DNA of 64,000 nucleotides from an uncultured Alphaproteobacteria bacterium (GTDB lineage Bacteria; Pseudomonadota; Alphaproteobacteria; RF32; CAG-239): NCBI GenBank assembly GCA_934277435.1, contig CAKQUE010000001.1, positions 65,652 to 129,651 of the forward strand, read 5' to 3'. Shown piece by piece: positions 58,857 to 64,000 of this stretch (position 1 is its first letter; each line of letters starts with the position of its first letter). The notes under the pieces were generated by a model. It saw only the letters and a program-made list of their open reading frames with translations, ran no database searches and was not told where the DNA came from. The position numbers and the translations under genes were made by a program.

Positions 58857-59304
58857 ATTATTACTGACCACCGCACTTTCCACCTTAATCGCCTTTTCGG
58901 CTTATTCCAACGCTTTTGCAAAAGCGGCAGCGAATCCGGCAGAACCGGCTCAACAAACAGAGAAAATGCCTAGACATCATAAAGAAATGCGCAAGCGTCC
59001 GGAACCGGAAAAAATGGATAAATTTTTAGACCTGACCGATGAACAAAAAGCTAAGGCTAAAGAAATCCGCGAGCAGAGCCGTAAGGAAATTGAGCCACTG
59101 ATGGACGAGATGAAAACTATCCGCGAAAAAATGGATAAAATCCGTGAAGCCGATATGAAAAAATTTGAAGCCTTATTGACTCCGGAGCAAAAAGCAAAAT
59201 TGGAAGCTCGCAAGCAACATCACGAAAAAGATTTTAAAGGCAGAGAAAAACACAGATTTCCACCTCGTGATTTTAAGGATTATCCAAAACACGATAAAGA
59301 CTAG
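58849..59304 (+). CDS. Periplasmic LTXXQ-motif protein (Spy/CpxP-like envelope stress chaperone family)
   Basis: Signal peptide; two LTxEQ motifs (LTDEQKAKAKEIR, LTPEQKAKLEARK) within helical repeats; 151 aa; overlaps the sigma gene end. Confidence 0.65.
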   Translation: MTKLLLTTALSTLIAFSAYSNAFAKAAANPAEPAQQTEKMPRHHKEMRKRPEPEKMDKFLDLTDEQKAKAKEIREQSRKEIEPLMDEMKTIREKMDKIREADMKKFEALLTPEQKAKLEARKQHHEKDFKGREKHRFPPRDFKDYPKHDKD

Positions 59305-59309
59305 ATAAA

Positions 59310-59350
59310 TTTACCACCGGATTTTAATTTATCCGGTGGTTTTCTTTTAA
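59310..59350. terminator. Bidirectional terminator between the Spy-like gene (+) and a membrane protein gene (-)
   Basis: TACCACCGGAT-TTTAATTT-ATCCGGTGGT followed by TTTCTTTT. Confidence 0.5.
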
Positions 59351-59351
59351 T

Positions 59352-60287
59352 TTATTTTTTTTCCTTCTTATTTTTTCGAGATTTTCCGGATTTTGCTTTT
59401 TTGGCCGATTTTTTGACTCTGGAGTTATCATTTTCAGCTTCCGGCAGTGTTATATCATTTTTTTGCGAATCCATGCTTGAATTTTCATCTGACGGACTCG
59501 AATTTTCTGGCAAAAATATTTGTTGAATTGCTCTTAAAAGCATAGTAAGCATTGCCGCAACGAGCAAAATAACTAAATTATTTATAAATTCGCAAATAAA
59601 TGAAGTCGCTACATCATTTTGTTCTACTAATAAACTCTTGATACTCATGGCTACTTTAATTATCAATAAATTAGATATCAAAAGTAAAAGGCAGAACGGC
59701 ACAATTATACTAAAATTTTTATCTTTTGTTTGCTGCCAGACATATTTTAATGATGGCACTTTGCCATTATCCAACAAATAGCTTATGGCTGCGGAATAGC
59801 GTAATACTAAAAACGGAAGCCAACAACTTGCAAAAGCCAGTAAAAACCACATAAATTCTATCCGCCAATCCGGATTTGCCTTTTTTTGAACAATAGCAAA
59901 ACAAATAACTGGTCCGGCAATAAAAGTTAAACAAGAACCGAGAATAACTCCGATTTTAATTAATTTTTCCTTATTTAACTTTAAAAAGCTCAAAAAATCA
60001 AACTGTTGTTTATATTTAGATTGAGTAGAAATGTCACAGCAAAAAGAAAACCACAAAAAAATCTGCACTAAAAGCGCTAAAACATAGATTATATATGTGC
60101 CTTTTACATTTGAAGCATAGCACCACCAGCTTGCTTGGTTTATCTGACATGAAAATGTCCATTGTCCCAAAATTCCGGTAATGCTAGTCAAAATAAGAGA
60201 ATACCATAAAAATGTTTTCCACTGTGCAAAAATCTCGCTAATAAGAGTTAAAGTTTTCCAAAGAATTTTCGGTAAAATCAGCTTCAT
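59352..60287 (-). CDS. Polytopic membrane protein of unknown function with a Lys-rich C-terminal tail, co-transcribed downstream of dnaE
   Basis: 311 aa, ~8 TM helices, tail KKSAKKAKSGKSRKNKKEKK; 1-nt gap after the dnaE stop. Confidence 0.5.
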   Translation of the reverse strand: MKLILPKILWKTLTLISEIFAQWKTFLWYSLILTSITGILGQWTFSCQINQASWWCYASNVKGTYIIYVLALLVQIFLWFSFCCDISTQSKYKQQFDFLSFLKLNKEKLIKIGVILGSCLTFIAGPVICFAIVQKKANPDWRIEFMWFLLAFASCWLPFLVLRYSAAISYLLDNGKVPSLKYVWQQTKDKNFSIIVPFCLLLLISNLLIIKVAMSIKSLLVEQNDVATSFICEFINNLVILLVAAMLTMLLRAIQQIFLPENSSPSDENSSMDSQKNDITLPEAENDNSRVKKSAKKAKSGKSRKNKKEKK

Positions 60288-60288
60288 T

Positions 60289-63200
60289 CTAAATTTCCTT
60301 TACTAAAGACACTCCAGGTATTTCCCTAATTGAAGATAATAAGCCGCCATCTGCCAACGCATATCCGTTTTTGAGTTCTATACGTACATCCCAATCCTCA
60401 TTTTCTGGTTTTATATAGACTTTGTTTGTACCATATCTTTCGTGCGACAACGCTTCCCGCAGCGGTCGTACTGCTTCTATATTATTTATAACTATAACTA
60501 ACCCTTTAGAATTTTCAGTAATTTCTTCATCTAAAGTTTTAATAACGTTAAACAACATCCGCGGAGGCATATCGTCGGCCTGTTTTTCTATTTTTACTTT
60601 TGCATATAATGGCAATCCGCTATTGATAGCATGTTCAAATTTAGCAATTCCGTCAGAAAATAACAACCCTTCATAAGCCGACGTGGTATCTGAAAGTTTC
60701 ACAAAAGCAAACGGTTTGCCGCTTTTGCTGATTTTGCGCTGAAAACTTTGCAAGCAGCCAGCCAAGTTGGCATAAATCGTATCGCCAGTCTTAATACCTT
60801 TTATGGCATCAGTATAAGTGGTAACACCCAAACGCTCCATACTTTCTTTATATACATCAAGCGGATGCGCTGACAGATAAAAGCCAATGGCTTCCGCTTC
60901 CAGCTGTAAGCGTTCCAAAGCCGGCCAATCCGGCTTGTCTTGCAGTTTTACTTTCGCATTAAGCTCTTCACTGCCAAACAATGAAGTTTGGCTGCTGTTT
61001 TTCAGCTCAGCCGCTGCCGCCATATGACGCATAATGTTTTCTATATTTGCAAAAAGCTTGCCGCGATTAGCATCCAGACAATCAAAAGCACCGGCTTTTA
61101 TCAATTGTTCTAGCTGTTTGCGATTGATTTGCTTAACATCAACACGATGTATAAAATCTGACAGGTCTTTAAATTTGCCATTTTTTTCTCGTTCTTCAAC
61201 AATGGCGTTCATATTGGCCTCGCCCACGCCTTTCAGCCCAGCCAAAGCAAAGCGGATATTGTTTCCCTCCACCTTAAACAACGCGTTAGACATATTGATA
61301 TCCGGTGGCAAGACTTTATAGCCCATTTTTTTGAACTCTTCGGTATAGAACAAAACCTTATCGGTGTTGGTTATATCAAAGTCCATAATGGCGCACATAA
61401 ATTCAACCGGATAATGCGCTTTTAAATACGCTGTTTGGTATGAAATTAGAGAATATGCTGCCGCGTGGGATTTGTTAAAGCCATAAGAAGCAAACTTTTC
61501 CATTTGGTCAAAAATAGTCTTGGCAACTTCACCATCTATGCCTTTCTTGATAGCTCCTTCGGTAAACATTTGGCGTTGGTGCGGAATTTCATCACGCATT
61601 TTTTTACCCATCACCTTACGTAATTTATCGGCGCCGCCAAGCGTATATCCGCCCAAAACCTGAGCAATTTTCATCACTTGCTCTTGGTACACCATAATTC
61701 CATAGGTTTCGCCAAGAATCGGCTCTAAATCTGGGTGTAGATATTTGATTTCTTCGCGTCCGTGTTTACGGTTGATATAGGTAGGAATGTTATCCATAGG
61801 CCCTGGGCGATAAAGAGAAATAACAGCAATTAAATCTTCAAAACGGTCGGGTTTGATTTGTTTCATTACATCGCGCATACCTGAAGATTCAAATTGGAAT
61901 ATAGCGCTGGTATTGCCTTCTTGCATCAATTCATATGTAGGTTTATCATCCAGCGGAACAGAGGCCATATCCAGCTCTATGCCGTGAATTTTTTTTACCC
62001 AATCAACAGCGCGTTTAATAACAGTCAGAGTTTTTAAGCCCAAAAAGTCAAACTTAATCAAACCGGTTTCTTCCACAAATTTCATATCATATTGTGTAAC
62101 CGGCATTTCGGCACGAGGGTCTTTATAAAGCGGCACCAGTTGGTCAAGCGGTCTGTCGCCGATAACCACGCCGGCGGCGTGCATTCCGGAGTTGCGGTAT
62201 AACCCCTCAAGTTTCATCGCTATATCAAACAGCTTGTTAATCTGCGGGTCCTTTACGCGCATTTCCTCCAATTCCGGCACTTGATCAAGCGCTTCCGCCA
62301 ACGTCGGATTTTTACCACCCTGCCCCGGCGGAATCATTTTGGATATTCTATCCGCTTGGCTATATGGCATTTGCAGCACACGAGCCACATCGCGAATCAC
62401 GGCCTTAGACTGCAATTTACCATAGGTAATAATTTGCGCAACGTGGTCGTAGCCATATTTCTTTTGCACGTATTCAATGGTTTTATGGCGGTTTTCCTGA
62501 CACAAATCCACGTCAAAATCCGGCATATTTACACGTTCCGGATTCAAAAAACGCTCAAACAACAAATCCAAACGAATCGGGTCAAGGTCGGTAATTTTCA
62601 AAGCCCAAGCCACAATGGAACCGGCACCGGAACCACGCCCAGGTCCAATCGGCACGCCATGAGTCTTAGACCAGCGGATAAAATCTGACACGATAAGAAA
62701 ATACCCCGGAAACCCCATTTTTTTGATGACGCTTAATTCATAATCCAAACGTTCATAGTAGTGCCGGTCTGTTTCTGCACGTTCTTCTGCGGTCATACCA
62801 TCATGATAAACTTGAATTTTCATACGTTCATTCAAGCCCTTATAAGCTTCTTCTGTAATAAATTCATCTTGAGTTTTACCTTCAGGACAAATAAAAATCG
62901 GCAGCAACGGCTCCATTTTATAAGAAAGATAATTACAGCGCTTGGCAATATTTACCGTATTTTCAAGTGCTTCCGGAATATCTTTAAACAAATCAAGCAT
63001 TTCAGCTTCGGTTCGCCAATGGTTCCCTGGCAAATATTTACGGCGGTTTTCGTTTGCTACATATTCTCCGGCGGCAATACAGCAAAGCGCATCGTGCGCT
63101 TCATACATGCCTTCATCAAAAAAGAAAACATCATTTGTCGCAACTAGTGGAATATTATGCTTATAAGCCAATTCCAAAAAAACCGGCTCGGTTTTCTTTT

Positions 63201-63762
63201 CTTCTTCGTAGCCAACACGCGAAATTTCAACATATAATCTGTCGCCAAAAATCTCTTTATATTCAAGCAATTTTTTTTCGGCTTCATCTTTACGATTTTG
63301 CAGAATCAGACGGCCAATAGGGCCTTCATAGCCACCCGTAAGGCAAATCAATCCTTCATTAAAATCGCGTAAATTCTGCATATTAAGCTGCGGAGTGTCG
63401 CTATGTTCCATATTATCAAGATAGTAGCGGCGAAACATTTTCATAATAGATTTATAGCCGGTTTCGTTTTTTACCAGTAAAATAATTCTATCCGGCGGAA
63501 GTTCTTTTCCTTTGGACAATGCCAAATTTTCCGAATCCTCATTATGCACACAAAGTTCTGAGCCGAGAATCGGCTTAATTCCTTCATCTGAGGCATATTT
63601 TGAAAAACATTTTCCGCCAAATAAGTTTCCCCTATCCGTTATAGCGCAGCAAGGAATGCCCAAATCATGCATTTTATGTACTAATTTAGGCACAAGCATA
63701 GCGCCAAGCGATAATGAATAGGCGGTGTGAACGCGTAAATGTATAAATTTAGGATCTGGCAT
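60289..63762 (-). CDS. dnaE: DNA polymerase III alpha subunit
   Basis: 1157 aa; N-terminal PHP domain (HLRVHTAYSL), conserved polymerase core (GPGRGSGAGS), C-terminal OB-fold region. Confidence 0.95.
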   Translation of the reverse strand: MPDPKFIHLRVHTAYSLSLGAMLVPKLVHKMHDLGIPCCAITDRGNLFGGKCFSKYASDEGIKPILGSELCVHNEDSENLALSKGKELPPDRIILLVKNETGYKSIMKMFRRYYLDNMEHSDTPQLNMQNLRDFNEGLICLTGGYEGPIGRLILQNRKDEAEKKLLEYKEIFGDRLYVEISRVGYEEEKKTEPVFLELAYKHNIPLVATNDVFFFDEGMYEAHDALCCIAAGEYVANENRRKYLPGNHWRTEAEMLDLFKDIPEALENTVNIAKRCNYLSYKMEPLLPIFICPEGKTQDEFITEEAYKGLNERMKIQVYHDGMTAEERAETDRHYYERLDYELSVIKKMGFPGYFLIVSDFIRWSKTHGVPIGPGRGSGAGSIVAWALKITDLDPIRLDLLFERFLNPERVNMPDFDVDLCQENRHKTIEYVQKKYGYDHVAQIITYGKLQSKAVIRDVARVLQMPYSQADRISKMIPPGQGGKNPTLAEALDQVPELEEMRVKDPQINKLFDIAMKLEGLYRNSGMHAAGVVIGDRPLDQLVPLYKDPRAEMPVTQYDMKFVEETGLIKFDFLGLKTLTVIKRAVDWVKKIHGIELDMASVPLDDKPTYELMQEGNTSAIFQFESSGMRDVMKQIKPDRFEDLIAVISLYRPGPMDNIPTYINRKHGREEIKYLHPDLEPILGETYGIMVYQEQVMKIAQVLGGYTLGGADKLRKVMGKKMRDEIPHQRQMFTEGAIKKGIDGEVAKTIFDQMEKFASYGFNKSHAAAYSLISYQTAYLKAHYPVEFMCAIMDFDITNTDKVLFYTEEFKKMGYKVLPPDINMSNALFKVEGNNIRFALAGLKGVGEANMNAIVEEREKNGKFKDLSDFIHRVDVKQINRKQLEQLIKAGAFDCLDANRGKLFANIENIMRHMAAAAELKNSSQTSLFGSEELNAKVKLQDKPDWPALERLQLEAEAIGFYLSAHPLDVYKESMERLGVTTYTDAIKGIKTGDTIYANLAGCLQSFQRKISKSGKPFAFVKLSDTTSAYEGLLFSDGIAKFEHAINSGLPLYAKVKIEKQADDMPPRMLFNVIKTLDEEITENSKGLVIVINNIEAVRPLREALSHERYGTNKVYIKPENEDWDVRIELKNGYALADGGLLSSIREIPGVSLVKEI

Positions 63763-63804
63763 TCGGCAATAAAGGCGCCAACAAAGGCGCCCCTCAATGA
63801 TTAA

Positions 63805-63954
63805 TTATTTGTCAGAGCTTGCTTTTTGATAGCAACGGCAATGGCAAATTCCATCACGTTCAATATCGCTGCGGCAAAGTTCTGAAATGCAATATCTTTT
63901 TTCATTATTACCGTCGCAAGGGCAACGCTGCCATTCGCTATCACCAAACATCAT
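63805..63954 (-). CDS. Candidate small cysteine-rich protein (49 aa from ATG; the frame stays open to the window edge)
   Basis: Minus-strand frame reads ...MMFGDSEWQRCPCDGNNEKRYCISELCRSDIERDGICHCRCYQKASSDK, stopping at 63805. Eight Cys and one His in 49 aa. No clear SD. It may be longer if it starts beyond position 64000. Confidence 0.25.
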   Translation of the reverse strand: MMFGDSEWQRCPCDGNNEKRYCISELCRSDIERDGICHCRCYQKASSDK

Positions 63955-64000
63955 ATTTTTTGCTTTTGCAATTTTTTCAATGTTTTGTGTTGGATAATAG

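Noticed and set aside
1-64000. tRNA, rRNA, tmRNA, RNase P RNA, CRISPR repeats, IS elements
   Set aside because: Every intergenic region longer than 60 nt was read for cloverleaf signatures (T-loop GTTCGAATC-like motifs), regularly spaced direct repeats, terminal inverted repeats and transposase ORFs. None were recognised. This was a manual scan, so a covariance-model search (tRNAscan/Infernal) would be needed to exclude small RNAs definitively.

Overview
This 64 kb window is a low-GC bacterial chromosome segment, on the minus strand throughout except for a few plus-strand blocks. Its gene content and order look alphaproteobacterial: addB-addA-trxA, a dsbA/atpI/atpB/atpE/atpF'/atpF F0 operon, rpoH next to rluD, and rdgB-rph-aroK. 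This taxonomic reading is an inference from synteny, not a database search. Most of the window is housekeeping: rplQ, murJ, anmK, tyrS, tgt, fba, dnaE, xerD, an RND efflux trio, and a GldA/GldF/GldG-type ABC system.

Three accessory-looking parts stand out:
- Two diverged type IV pilin-like paralogs (403-1056 and 19109-19726, both minus) each carry a homologous, highly structured leader of about 200 nt. The leader ends in a GC hairpin plus U-tract directly before the ribosome-binding site, and an upstream segment can alternatively pair with the 5' half of that hairpin. This is riboswitch/attenuator-like and is not a motif I recognise.
- A 669-aa secreted protein (8858-10867) is extremely cysteine-rich with CC-P-x-G repeats. 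It has its own terminator and a promoter region containing a repeated 13-nt motif and a palindrome.
- A five-gene plus-strand cluster (50652-57988) ends in an orphan VirD4/TraG-family type IV coupling protein with no other T4SS genes nearby. It is preceded by two acidic hydrophilic proteins and two paralogous membrane proteins, one of which has a poly-Asp/Asn/Lys/Arg low-complexity linker and a possible nuclease-like C-terminal domain. This is my strongest candidate for an undescribed system.

I also see an ECF sigma factor flanked by a small transmembrane protein and a Spy/CpxP-like periplasmic protein, a MinD/ParA-like protein with a degenerate Walker A motif paired with a J-domain membrane protein, and several small unannotated ORFs. 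No rRNA, tRNA, CRISPR array, IS element or prophage was recognised.
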